A DNA stretch of 64,000 nt. Origin: Octopus vulgaris (taxonomy: Eukaryota). The position numbers and the translations under genes were made by a program. How positions within the stretch are numbered: position 1 is the stretch's first letter; each line of letters begins with the position of its first letter. The notes under the pieces were generated by a model, which was not told where the DNA came from, did not search any database, and was given only the letters and a program-made list of their open reading frames with translations. The stretch is taken from the NCBI GenBank assembly GCA_951406725.2, contig OX597814.1, forward strand, positions 1,178,001-1,242,000, given 5' to 3'. Below, one piece after another: positions 26,701-41,100 of the stretch.

Positions 26701-29700
26701 ATATCCAGAGTTATTTCCCCTATGTTCCAAAATAATTAGAATAATATTACTTACTGACCAAATATATCTTTTCCAGGCTGCATCATTTATTATTTCTAAT
26801 TAGATTTTTTTAATGCTCCTTACATTCAGTGTGTTAACACCAAGTAAACTAGGATTTTTAACTTGTTATTTTTTTGTGGGGTTTGTGGTACGTTTTGTTG
26901 TATCTCTGTTCCTTGTGTTCAGAATCGAACCCACGTCCTCCTCCTCCTGCCCTAGTCATTCAATCCCCTGAACAATCTTTCCTTTTTCTTTGTGTTTTTT
27001 TCCATTTTTAGACAGCACGTCTCATAGTCTCCATGTTGTCTCCTGGGGTTGAGTTCTACGAACGCATTTTCGTCGTGTTTTACATGGTGAAAGAGATCAA
27101 ACACCGAGAGATCTTCAAGTCAATGTTTGCTTCTAGTCCTTGGGTGAGTGACCTTTTCATCTATCCTCTCCTTCCTCCTCTTCCCTCTCTTCTTCTCCTT
27201 CCTCCTCTTCCCTCTCTTCTTCTCCTTCCTCCTCTTCCCTCTCTTCTTCTGCCTCCTCTTCCCTCTCTTCTCCTTCCTCCTCCTCCTCTTCCCTCTCTTC
27301 TCCTTCCTCCTCTTCTTCCTCCTCCTCCTCTTCCCTCTCTTCTTCCTCCTCCTCTTCCCTCTCTTCTTTTTCCTCCTCTTCTTCCTCCTCCTCTTCCCTC
27401 TCTTCTTCCTCCTCCCTTCCCATCTTCCTCTTTCCTTTCCTTCTCCCCTCCTCCTCTTCATCTGAGTATTTCTTTCCTCCACCTTCCATGAGACTAGCTT
27501 CTCTTCCCTTCCCTCAATGGATATCTCCAAACTTCCCTTTCAGTAACAAACACCAATTCTTTGAATCAGTAACTCTAAATTCTTTCACCGACCAACTTTA
27601 ATATCCTCCATGTTCCCTTGTTATCTGCAAACCTTGAGCGAGTTCCTCCACATTCTTTGATCAAGTATGTCCAGAAATACTTGAGTAACTCCACGTTCTT
27701 TAGATGAGTAACTAAACTCCTCCCATTACTCAATGAGTAACCTCCTACTCCTTGAGTGACTACCTGGACTCTTCACATTTCTTTCGCTGAGTACCACTCA
27801 TCTCTGTCCCCTTTAAGGATGCAATGCCTTTTCTATTGTTGTCTTTCCTCTCACCCTTCCTCTACGCCTTATCCCTACCTCTTTGCACCTCAAGATCCCT
27901 ATTCTCCCCACAACCCACCAACTCTTCAATCCTATTGACCCCAATTGCTTCTCTTTGAGCAAATGAAAGGCACCCAAAGTAGCCATTTGATCTGCTAGAA
28001 ATAGCAGCCAAGTCTTGAATCAAACCGTACATTTTATTTCAAAATGAACACATTGGTCGATGTAGTTCTGAGGTATACTTTGCCTAAAAAGAAAATACTG
28101 GTTGGTCTTGGCTGAAAAGCCTTCCATTATAGATCTGTGGGTTATGGCCAGCCTGGGGTTAAACATCAACCACTGTCACCCGCATTCCTACAATACCAGC
28201 CATTTCTTTTACCTCTCCCCCATCCTCCAGCTAACCGCTTCTCCCTCTCCACCTCAACCAACTCTTACCAATGTTGTAAGCTCTCTCTCTCGTATGTCCC
28301 CTACAGGTCAACAGCCTGTTACCTTTCCTTCATGAGCTGCTGTCCTCTTACAAAGACCAAATGTCCAACAGCCAACAGGACAACATCAACTGCCTGTTTG
28401 GTTTGCTCAAGAAATCTGGGTCACGGCTGCTCTTCTCCCCGGAGATCCACAACAACACCCCGGATAAAGGCAAGTTGGAGCAGGTACGTTCCTAACACTC
28501 TCACCATTCTAACACAGCCACTATCATCTCATACTACCATGATACATTCATCATCAACACCATCATCATCATCATCATTTAACGTCCGCTTTCCATGCTG
28601 GCATGGGTTGGACGGTTTCACTGTGGGCTGGCGAACCAGATGGCTGCACCAGGCCCCAATCTTGATCTGGCAGAGTTTCTACAGCTGGATGCCCTTCCTA
28701 ATGCCAACCACTCCAAGAGGAGTGTAGTGGGTGCTTTTTACGTGCCACCAGCAAGGGGGTCTGTCAGGCAGTACTGGCAACGACCTCGCTCGAATCTTTT
28801 TACATATGCCACCGGCACAGGTGCCAGTAAGGCGATGTTGGTATCGATCACGCTCAAATGGTGCCCTTTTACGTGCCACCGGCACGGAAGCCAGTTGGCT
28901 GCTCTGGCAATGATCACGCTCGGATGGTGCTCTTGGCACCCTACTAGCACAGGCACAAGTGCCAGTAAGGCGACGCTAGTAATGTTTAATTTTTCCATGC
29001 TTGAATGGTGCTCTTCCTGTTGCCAACCCTTACCTGTTTCCAAGCAAGGCAATATTTCCAGAAGGCCAGAACAGGTTTCTTGGGGAAGAGTGAAAGTGAA
29101 GCACAATGCTGCTATGATAATATTTGTCTACGACTATCATGCTATGTCAAGGCAAGGAAACACTAGCACATGCACACTAACAAACACACACACACACACA
29201 TACACATAAACACACATAAACATACATACACACACGGACACACATACACACGACAGGCTTCTTTCAGTTTCCATCTACCAAATCCACTCTCAAGGCTTTG
29301 GTCAGCCTAAGGCTATAGCAGAATACATTTGCCCAAGGTGCCTTGCTGCTGCCACCCAACTACCACTGCCAAAAACACCACCACTAGAAATTCTATCATC
29401 CAGACACCCACCTTTCATCCATGACCATCCATCATAAATTCTTTTCTGTTTGTTACATTGAAGGAAATCAAAACAGTTTCAGAACAGCTGGAAGAAGAGA
29501 AGCAAGAATGGCTGAAGAGGAGACATCAACACTTAAGCAGGTATATACCCCCCCACCCGCTTCTCTTTCTTTCTCCTATACATACATACATACATATATA
29601 TATATATATATGTATATATATAAGGATAAGGGAAATTATGGAAGGAACACATCTAGGCAATCAATACTAATTCCAAAGCATAAAATAAAATGAATCATCA

Positions 29701-29973
29701 TCGTCATCGATTAACGTCCGTTTTCCATGCTGTCATGGGTTGGATGCTTTGACTGAGGTCTGGCACCAATCTTGTCTGGCAATGTTTCTACAGCTGGATG
29801 CCCTTCCTAATGCCAACCACTCCGAGAGTGTAGTGGGTGCTTTTTACGTGCTGAGAGCAGGGGTGAGTGAAAAAGCAAAGTCAACTTCAGTGGATTTTGA
29901 ACTCAGAACGTAAAACAAACGAAATGCTAAGCATTTTTGCCCAGCGTCCAAGCAATTCTGCCAGCTCACCACC

Positions 29974-30014
<41 letters not shown>

Positions 30015-32085
30015 CCTTCCTGCTATAGACACAAGGTCTGAAATTTTGGGGGAGGGGACCAGTTGATTACATCAACCCCAGTGTTTCACTGGTACTTAAT
30101 TTATAGACCCTGAATGGATGAAAGGCAAAGTTGACCTTGGCTCAATTTGATCTCAGAATGTAGCAATAGATGAAATATCGCTAAGCATTTCACCCAGCAT
30201 GCTAACGATTCTGCCAGCTCACCAACCTAATAACAATGATAATAAACTTATGTACTTCAGGCACAAGGCCAGAGATTTGGGGTGGGGGCTTGTTGATTAC
30301 AGTAGCCCCCAGTACTTGACTCGTACTCTATATTATTCACAGCAAAAAGGTGAAAGGCAAAGTTGGTCTTCATGGAATTTGAACTCAGAACATAAAGGGC
30401 CAGAAGAAATGCTGTTAAGGCGGTGAGCTGGCAGAAATGTTAGCACACCGGGTTGAATGCTTAGTGGTATTTCGTCTGCCGTTATGTTCTGAGTTCAAAT
30501 TCCGCCATGGTCAATTTTGACTTTCATCCTTTCGGGGTCGATAAATTAAGTACCAGTTACACACTGGGGTCGATGTAATCGACTTAATTCCTTAGTTTGT
30601 CCTTGTTTGCCCCCTCTATGTTAAGCCCCTTGTGGGTAGTAAAGAAATAGGTATTTCGTCCGCCGCTACATTCTGAGTGGGCCAGAAGAGATGCTGTTAA
30701 CCCTTTTGTGTGGTCTGCTAATGATTCTACCAGCAAATGAGCTTATTGTATTGTGGTGGGTGTAAAATGTGTGATGGTGTATGGGATAGTGAACCAATAG
30801 CTCTCTTAGTTACCATTGACAAAATATTGGGTTGTCTGGAAAGTTTGCTCCGATTTTTAAAGGCAAGAAAAGGATCAGTAAATACTTGCCATTACATTTT
30901 TAATCAACCAAATATGAACCATTTTGTTGCACGATGCATCTCCATCTTTCCTTTAATTTGAAAATACCCTCTTCCCAGAATTGTGGTGGTTTCAGGGCAA
31001 AGAATTCATCAAGGTATGTTTTTGCGTTATCCAAGGAATTGAAATTTTTACCATTAAGACTATTCTGCAGAAACCTGAATAAGTGGAAATCCGAAGGAGC
31101 AATATCTGGTGAATATGGAGGGTGGGGTAACACATCCCAGCCAAGCTGCAGCAATTTTTGTCTGGTTCCCAAAGCAACAAGTGCCAAAAATGAGACTTTC
31201 TTATCTTCCATTTTAAAGGGTTACAGAATTAACTCAGGTTATAGGAACATAAACCTTCTTCCATGAAAAGATAGCTTAAACTGTGCTCTAAATGGAGGTG
31301 TAGTCAAATCCTATTTTATGGAATCAACCATGTTCTAAATTAAGTCGAAAGGTAAGCTACTATAAATTGGCACCAACTTTCCGGACAACACAATAGAACC
31401 AATAAGATTTAATCCTTCTTAATCCTTGTTATAATTAAAAAAAATTTTTTTTCTTCTGTTCAGGATTCTGTATATAAAAAACGAAAGCCTTATCAAGAAT
31501 TTAGCTGATTCTGCAATGGAAGTAACGCAACAAGTGTTCCGCATGCAAAACAAAGAGAGAAAAGAATTGGTCACCCATCTGAAACAGTCCATGACTGACC
31601 GAATCCAGATTAAAAAATCCTGGCAAGATTTAGTGCAACAACTGACCCACGAGAAGTGAGTATTAGATCTGATGTAAAGATTGTTTGCCAACATAACATG
31701 GCAGTCCTGGTTTAGGATGAATGTTGCTGTAATTTAGCCCCAGGAGACATTGTCTCCAGCTGGCTATATGACATGATCTGTACCCTTATATTTTCAACAT
31801 TTGTCCTAAACCAGGACTGCCATGTTATGTTGGCAAATAATCTTTATTCCAAAGTACTGTTGCTGAATGTCTCTCATTCTGAGATTTTAAAATAGTAATT
31901 TTCTAATTTATAGATCTGATACAGTTCTATATTTAAGAGATGAGGAATTATTTACATTTGACAGATATTTGTCCTCATCTTGTTTGTTGTTAACTATGCC
32001 ATATGCCCATGGGCATATGGTGTAGTGGTTAAGAGCACGAGCTACTAACCCCGAGATTCCAAGTTTGATTCCAGGCAGTGACCTA

Positions 32086-32132
<47 letters not shown>

Positions 32133-35100
32133 CAACATCGAAAAATACCTTAGGAATGAGAACCCAGGTTCGAAATTTCCCCAAGACACCTGATGAAGGC
32201 TGGTGGTTATATCAGCCGAAACGTTGTGTTAACAACAAACAAGATGAGGACAAATATCCGTCAAATGTAAATAATGACTAATAGATCTGATGTGTCATAT
32301 TATTTGATAAATTCTACTTGGATTATAGAATTAATTTGTTGCTTGATTTAAACATCACACTGTCTGGTCCTTGGATACTTCTTGCAAAGTCCACTCTTCA
32401 AGAAGGCCTCCAGTTTGAGGATGTCTTTGTCACTTCCACTTGTTTCAAAATACCTAAAACTGGTCAGAAGTGCTGCTCTTTTCCTCATCACATATTGTTT
32501 CACATGCTATCGCATCATATCTGTTATTTAACACATCTCACACATCATTTACTCTGATATCACATAGGTTTTTGGCACTCTGTCTTAAAGTTGGGTATTT
32601 CTGGATTTTTCAGCAGAAAACAATATTGCTACCATTTTTGAGATTTATAATTTGTATCGTTATCTTTTAAATTATTTCTTGTCTTCTATTTATTGTGTCT
32701 TTTAATTAGTCAACATCCATTCCCATTTAGTTCATCCCTCTAACAGCCCCTATTATCTTTTTATTTTCTTCTTTCTCAGGGCCATATGGTTTTGCCCCCA
32801 GTCATATCCTCGATCATGGCAGCTAGATCCAACAGAAGGACCTTGTCGAATACGAAAGAGAATGCAAAGATGCCATTTGGGTATTTCTGAAAGATATATC
32901 AGCCCCAAATTTTGGGATAAGTTAAGTAAGTATAATTAAATCTTGGCTGTGTGATTAGGGAATTGGGATGAGGGGAATGCTGTTAGTGATGGATATAAAA
33001 CTAATTTGGAAAAGATGGGAGAAAACTCATGGGAGGTTTCTGTTATTCTGACCTCATCAGTGAACTGTACATCAAGAGTTGGCAAAGTGGTCAATATTTA
33101 TTTCTTTATTGCCCACAGGGGGCTAAACATAGAGGGGACAAACAAGGACAGACAAAGGGATTAAGTTGATTACATTAACCCCAGTGTGTAACTGGTACTT
33201 ATTTAATCAACCCCAAAAGGATGAAAGACAAAGTCGACCTCAGTGGAATTTGAACTCAGAACGTAAAGACAGATGAAATACCACTAAGCATTTTGCCCAG
33301 CGTGCTAACGATTCTGCCAGCTTGCTGCCCTATGTGGTCAATATTGACCACAAGGTTATCCAAGGAGTCAATAAACACTTGAAAAGATTCTGAGTAGGAG
33401 ACCCAGGAAGACATGGATGAGGTGGTGAAAAATGACCTTCAAATGTTGGGCCTCGCAGAGGCAATGACGAAGAACCGAGACCTCTGGAGGTATTCTGTGA
33501 CTGAGAAGACCCAGCAAATAAAGTGAGTCCACAGCTGTAACCTACACCAGTGTTGCATAACCAGCCAACTCAAAAGTACCTTCGATTGTAGGGTGACATG
33601 CTGTGCTTGAGGAGACCTATTGAGTCAAGTACATCAACATCAAAATGAAATCAAATCACAATCAAATGGAAATTGTAGTTGTGACTCCTGTGCTGGTGGC
33701 ACATAAAAAGCACCACCCAAACGTCACCGATGCCAGCACCACCTTGACTGGCTTCTATGCCAGTGGCATGTAAAAAGCGCCATCTAATCATGGTTGATGC
33801 CAGCTCCCTATGGCACCTGTGCTGGTGGCATGTAAAAAAGCACCCACTACATTCTCGGAGTGGTTGGCATTAGCAAGAGCATCCAGCTGTAGAAACACTG
33901 CCAGAGCCAGATCAGATTGGAGCCTAGTGTAACCTCCTGGCTTTCCAGACACCACTCGAACCGTCCAACCCATGCCAGTATGGAAAACAGACATTAAACA
34001 ATGATGATGATGAAATTAGGGATGTTGTTTGATAAGTTATCAACCATTCCTTGAAACAATTCAGTGATATGAGAAGTTTGCATTGTAGATGTTGAAGTTG
34101 TGATGACTCTCTCAGTAAATGTACCAAAATCTAGACTGATTGATGTAGGAAGATTGTCAAATATTTCCTAAGTTTAATGTTACCCTGTACATTTTTTTCC
34201 TTTTCAGCGGCTGAAAAAGTTGATCCGCCATTGCTCTTTCTGTTTGAAGATGATCACCAAACATCAGATTCTGCTGCCTTGATGTACCGACTCTACACTA
34301 GCGAGAAGATCCAGTAAGTACTGAACCCCGAAATTTTGAGAAATCCACAGATTAATAACAAATCATTCACCACTGGTGCACACACGTCACCTCACTGTTC
34401 AATCTGTTATGTTAAAATATGTCCATTATTACTGTAAAAACAGTAGAGAATTAAGCAGATAATTTGATAGACTGATGTCTGTATGGCTGTCGACCTTAAA
34501 GTGCAAGCGTGATTTACCTTTGCCAAATATTGTATACAGTTTATGTTATGTAAGAGCAAGTGGAAGGTGATGAGAATACATCTCATAGAACAAAGTGACA
34601 GGGTTCTGTGAGTTCAGACTACCAACTTTTTACAACTGTGGGCAAAACTTTCTAGAACCTTTGAAATATAATTTGGTAGGAAGCCTGCATAACTTTTTTA
34701 ATGTGTGTTGCCATTCACTGATACAAGCCAGCCAATGTTGATTTGTTTGTAAACATTTATGTAGGTGTTCTGTTCCCCCAGGGCCATTCATACGTTTTAT
34801 GGTAATATTATTAGACTGTAAGGCTTAACTGGAAATCTAAGTGAAGTGGTTCAAATTGAGGTGAAGACCTGCTATAGATTATCATCTATTTTATATACAG
34901 GCCGGCTCAAAAGTAGGTTTACAGTTATTCAACCAGTTTAGATCTTAATTATAAACAAATATGAAACCATTATTCTATGCTAATTTAATTAATTGTAAGA
35001 TAGAAATTTAAATGTAATAAAATGTTTTAAAAGAAATTTAACTGTAACCCTACTTTTGGGCCACATATATTTTCTTTTATTATATTAAGGGCATTACTAC

Positions 35101-38100
35101 ATGTAAATGCCTCATGCTATGAAGGACTCTTAAAGTCAAAACTACCATAATAAATATACAGTATATGGACAGCAAAGGAATGCAACTTGGAAATTGTCTC
35201 TTAAAAGAAGATTCAGCCGCAAACCATATGATTTCATAATTAGTGCACAAAATGTACTTTTTAATCATCAGTGCAGGCATAATCAAGACACATAAAAATG
35301 AACAAAGTTCAACATACCAGACGAACACCCAATGTATCCAGCGTAGTATATAGAAAGGTTAACACTTATATGTCTATGTAAGAGGTGGACTTTTCACATT
35401 ACATCTTGCTACACGTGTATATTTGGAATGGGAGACAATATTGATGTCTAAAAGATGGGGACTTTAAGGGTTACTTTTTTTTTTTTTACTTGTTCCAGTC
35501 ATTAGACCGTGGCCATGCTGGAGCATTGGCTTGAAGAATTTTTAGTTGAATGAATCAACACAAGTACTTATGCTATTGGTCCCTTTTGCTGAACTGCTAA
35601 GTTATGGTGATGTAAACACACTGACACACACACACACACACACGACAGGCTTCTTCCAGTTTCCGTCTACCAAATCTATTCAGAAGGTTTTAGTGACAGA
35701 TGCCTGTCCAAGCTTGCTATGCAGTGGGACTGAACCCAGAACCATGTGGTTGGGAAGCAGGCTTCTTAGTAGACAGACAGACAGACAGACACTGATGTTT
35801 TATATTGTTTGAAGTAAATGTTTGCTCTTCTTTCTTTGTCTTAGGTTCACCTGTGGTTGTACGACCGTGTCCCCGTCATCTGAAAGTAAAGGAGAGTTAC
35901 TGATAGGTAAAGTGATTTCCTTCCATCATCATTCAGCATTGTCACAGCTCTTCTCTTCAGTCATCAGTCAAACGTTGTCAGTTTGACTGATGATTGAAGA
36001 GAACGTTTGAATGAGTTCTACAGATGTAAATTAAGGTGTTCTAGCATATTGCCAGACGTGAAGGACTGGCAAAGACAACCCAGTAAAGCACTGTGCCAGG
36101 AAAGAGAGCAAGGGAGCCTCTATGTGTTTGTTCAATTTGCTCAAAATAGCAGCCAAATCATGTTATAGATTTTAAATAAAATGGATACATTATACAATCA
36201 ATATAGTCTCTGATATACTGAAAGACAGGCTGGTGCCCCTTTGACCATTGGTCATTTTGATCAAGGTGAATCTGGAGCTAAACAAGATAATATTTAGGGT
36301 AGAATATCTAAATAAATGCTAAACTCCAAAACTGCAGCTGTCGTGTGTGCAGCTGCACCATGCAATTAACTGTCACTTAATTAGGGTTAACGAGCTCCCG
36401 ACATGGTGATCATGAGATTAGTGCATGCTGTTTCTGTGTAGTTACCCTGTATTACTGTGTATTCACACACACACACACACACACACACACTATGCAACCA
36501 CTCTCATACATACACATACAAACACCTAAGAGACCTAACAAGAGAAAATCTCTGTATGGTTGCTCAGCCTGGAAGAAATAGCAGCCAAATCTGTGTCAAA
36601 CTACACTTATCATTTTGCAAAAGAGACGGACACATTCAATATAATGTTGTTCCGAGATAACCTAAAAGAGACAGACATTCACTGCTGGAATGGGTTTTTT
36701 TGACCGAACAGACCCAGGGCTAAACACCAATATGCACATGTGTAATCATTCGAGATGATGAAGGGCCAAGATACCGGGTGCCTTGTTGTATTCAAGAAAA
36801 CTCATCGTCCACAGCAGAATTGTTGATGCAGCTCTCCCTGCTGAAGGGGATTGACCCACAAGAGCCCTGTGCTGGTGCCACATAGAAACACCTGTGCTGG
36901 TGCCATATGCCAGCACCCTTGCTGGTGCCACATAAAAAGCACCTGGCACATTCTGTAAATTGGTTGGTGTTAGGAAGGGCATCCAGCTGTAGAAACCAAG
37001 CCGAAACAGCCTGGAGCTTGGTGCAATTCTCTGGCTGGTCAGCTCTGGTCAAGCCGTCCAACCCATACCAGAATGGAAAACAGACTTTATATGATGATGA
37101 TGATACACTCACTCACTCACTCACGCACACACACACGTATGGTATACTAACATATTTCCTGTTGTATCATTTTCAGGTGAACGAAATGTCTACTTCGTGG
37201 CTGATGTGGCTGTATCTGACATGAATTATACTCAGGTAAGAACAATCCCCTACTCTCCCTCCTTACTCTCCTCACCCACTTTCTTCCATCACAGCAACTA
37301 TTAATTTTGAGGGAGGGAACCAGTCGATTAGTTTTGGGAGAGGCAACTGTAATCGACTATTCCCCTGCCCCAGTGTATTACTGGTACTTAATTTATCAAC
37401 CCCAAATGACGAAAGGCAAAGTCGACCTCGACAGAATTTGAACTCAGAACCTAAAGACGGATGAAATTCCGTTAAGTATTTTGCCTAATAATTCTGCCAG
37501 CTTGCCACCCTCAACATATGTAATAACAGCACATGCTTCCCATGTGATTCTGGGTTCAGTCCCACGGCATGGCACCTTGGGCAAGTGTCTTCTACTGTAA
37601 CCTCAGGCTGATCAAAGCCTTGTGAGTGAATTTGGTAGATAGAAACTGAAAGAAGCATGTCATATATATATATATATATATATATATGTGTATGTGTTTT
37701 TGTCTGTGTTTGTCCCCCACCTCCCCAACGCTTGATGATTGATGTTGGTGTGTTTATGTCCCCATGATATTGCAGTTTTGGCAAAAAAGACCAACAGAAT
37801 AAGGACAAAGAAAAAAGACGTAAATAAGTACTACTGGGGTACTAATTCGTTTGACTGAAAGTTCTTCTAGGTGGTGCCCCAGCATGGTCGCAGTCTAATG
37901 ACTGAAACAAGTCAAAGGTCAAAGAATGGAATATAACAAAGGATTATTAATTGGGTTTTATCCTTTGTTCTTGTTTCAGTCTTTGGACTGTGGCCATGCT
38001 GGGGCACTGCCTTGAAGGGGTTTTATCAAGTAAATTGACACCTGTACTTATTTCCTTTTTAAGCCTGTCTTTCGCTGATACAGGGATGTAAACACACCAA

Positions 38101-41100
38101 CACCAGTTGTCAAGTGGTGATGGTGGGGGGAACAAACACAAGACAGGCACATATACACACACAATGGGCTTCCACACAGTTTCCGTCTACCAAATTCACT
38201 GAAAAGGTATTGTTTGGTCAAGGGTTGTAATAGAAGACATTTTCCCAGGGTGCCACACCCTAGGACTGAACTCTAAACCACGTGATTGCAAGACAAGCTT
38301 TTGAACCATGCAGCCAAACCAGCTTTTAAAAGGACATTGCATTGGCCAAGAAACTGTGCAACAGTATTTGTAACAGGGATGCTGTTACAAATTGTAACAT
38401 AGATTGTAACACAGTCTTTAAAGTAGATTACGGGGTTGTCTTAAAAATGAAGGACTATATTGCACAGTTCAGTCTTGGATATAATATTCCTGAAAATAAG
38501 GTATGTTGGTCATGGCTGGAACATCAGTCTATAAATATTTAAAGGGTTGAAAGTTAAAAGCTTTGTTGGTTGTTCTGCCTCTTTGGTAATTCTATAAACT
38601 AGTAATTCCATTTTATGTGTAGGATATGTTGGCGTTAGGATGGGCATCCAGCTGTAGAAACACTACCAGATCAGACTGGAGCCTGGTGCAGTCTTCTGGC
38701 TTCCCAGACCCTGGTCGAACCGTCCAACCCATGCCAGCATGGAAAACGGACGTTAAACTATGATGATGATGGGTGATTATGGTTATGGGGGAATTAAGAT
38801 AACTTTTTTAAAGACTAATTATGATTTAAAACTAATTATGAATTCTTGATAATCTCTGACAGGTGTTGCTTGGCAACAAAGATCAACTTTCCATGACGTG
38901 GCCACAGATGGATATCAAAGAATTTCTTCCACGTTGGTACCAACTAAAAGACGTTGGCCTCGAAATCTTTTTAACAAATGGCAAAACCTGTTTACTGGCA
39001 TTCAATTCTACAGAGGTAAGTCCTTATATTGTCCCAATTGTTTTTATTTGACTTTGGTTAGCTTTGCTGATGGTCAGAAGATGTTTTGGCACCCCCCCAC
39101 TCTTCTTCAGTAAAATGGAAGGGTCAAGGTTTTAACACATCCTGCTATTGATGTCTTGTCTGTATTTCAAATTTAAGCTGTGGAGAAACCTTTTTATTTT
39201 TGAGCACAGTCTGGGCCTCCACCTCAGGCACATCGCCTAAATATTTGTATAGAACTTGGTTAGGTGGTTATGTGTGTTAGTGTATGTCTAATTGATGGAT
39301 TCCAAATCGACAAAGCTTTCCATACAACAGCAAATATATCATTTGTTGTTTTATAGAGCAAGTTTTTAGAAGCTATGAACTATGACTCGGTATCCCCAGT
39401 TGGCAATGGTTTGAGACATCATTCATAGACCAATGGTGTGTTGTTTTCACATGCAGTGTCCGTAAGGAGAATTTTTCTCTCTGGAGACAATTCCTGTATC
39501 ATATATCTTTTCATGTTTGAGTGTGCATAAACATGTTAAATCTTATTGTACACACCTATGTCTCATTCAACACTGCTTCATGCTCCTCTACTTAATTCCA
39601 GCTTGGCAAAGCTCTGCACACACCAGCAAATGCATCATTTGCTGTTCTAATATAGAAACAAGCTATTAATGGCTATGAATTACAACTTGGGATCTGTAGC
39701 TGACAATATGCAATGATACAGAAATGCATCTGTCCCATGGTCAAATGACATCACTCATACCTCAACACTGTGTCTTTTACTTGTTGTCCACAACACTTTA
39801 GCACTCAAATTACTCCGTCAAAAATATTGCTTTTTATTCACATTGCTTTGAATTAATCATGCATTATCTTGTAACTTCAAGATTTTAATGGTGTGATTGT
39901 TTATATTAAGAATGGCATTGAAGGGTAGGTGTGAGAGGTTAAATCTGGCCACTTACAAAATAAAATAGAATAGAATATTTGGGCCAGATTAAGGGATGAG
40001 GAGAGTTTCTCTGTCTTGAGACAATTTCTGCAGTGTATGTCTCTCCATGTCCGAGTGCACCTGAAACTATTAAATGTAATTATACACACCTGTATTGTAT
40101 TTGTGTATGAGAGATTCTCATGTGGTTGATGTTTAACTCATGTAGTATAGGCGAGGTGGGAGTTGTACGAAGGAAGGATTTGGGAAAAATGTACGGCACA
40201 GTTGTAGGGTCAGACAGCATTATAATGATGAGAGGGCAGATTGGCAGGGGTTGTTTATAGTTCGATAGTTCTGAGAAACAGAAATTGTAGCTGCAAAGAT
40301 GGGTGAGATACAGACAAGACACAGCAGATTGTGGGGTCGTGTTTGTGGCAGCCCTCTTTTGTTTTGGGCCTACAGCCAAATGTGTTGCTCCATATTTTAA
40401 GACAGCAAGGTCTGATTTGAGAGAATTTTGCTGCTATTTCTACCTTTTAGATGACCACATAGTGACCTCTTTGTTGGCTCCAGTAATCTAATGGTTGTCT
40501 TATGTAGGATTAGTTGAAAGGCAACAAATAATCGATGTTGAGGTGTTTTTTGCCCCCGAAGTGGACATTTAGGGTTTGAGGTGTGTGTGTGTGTGTTTTA
40601 TTACTCTTTTACTTGTTTCAGTCATTTGAGTGTGGCCATGCTGGAGCACTGCCTTTAGTCGAGCAAATCGACCCCAGGACTTATTCTTTGTAAGCCTAGT
40701 ACTTATTCTATCAGTCTCTTTTTGCCGAACCGCTAAGTTATAGGAACATAAACACACCAGCATTGGTTGTTAAGCGATGGTGGGGGGACAAATATATACA
40801 CACACACGCACATATATATGATGGGCTTCTTTCAGTTTCCGTCTACCAAATTCACTCACAAGGCTTTGGTCGGCCCGAGGCTATAGTAGAAGACACTTGC
40901 CCAAGGTACCATGCAGCGGGACTGAACCCGGAACCATGAGGTTTGTAAGCAAGCTACTTACCACTCCTACATTTAATTTTTTTTTTTGCAGGAACGCAAT
41001 CAAACCATGAAGCAGCTTGAAAACGTGGAACTTCCTAATTTGGTGAAAGGTGAGAACATGTCCAGTATCCAGCAACTGTGGGGAAGTGGACGTATGACAA

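Noticed and set aside
26670-26715. Hammerhead-like CTGAGGA...GAAATATATC
   Set aside because: Stem I does not pair convincingly; at best a decayed relic.
27033-27530. Poly-Pro, poly-Glu and Lys/Arg-rich ORFs
   Set aside because: Translations of the CCT/CTT tract beyond the exon 16 donor.
32011-32085. tRNA gene (also 11580-11657, 46181, 56187)
   Set aside because: Imperfect acceptor and T stems, and each continues into a repeated SINE body; these are SINE heads.
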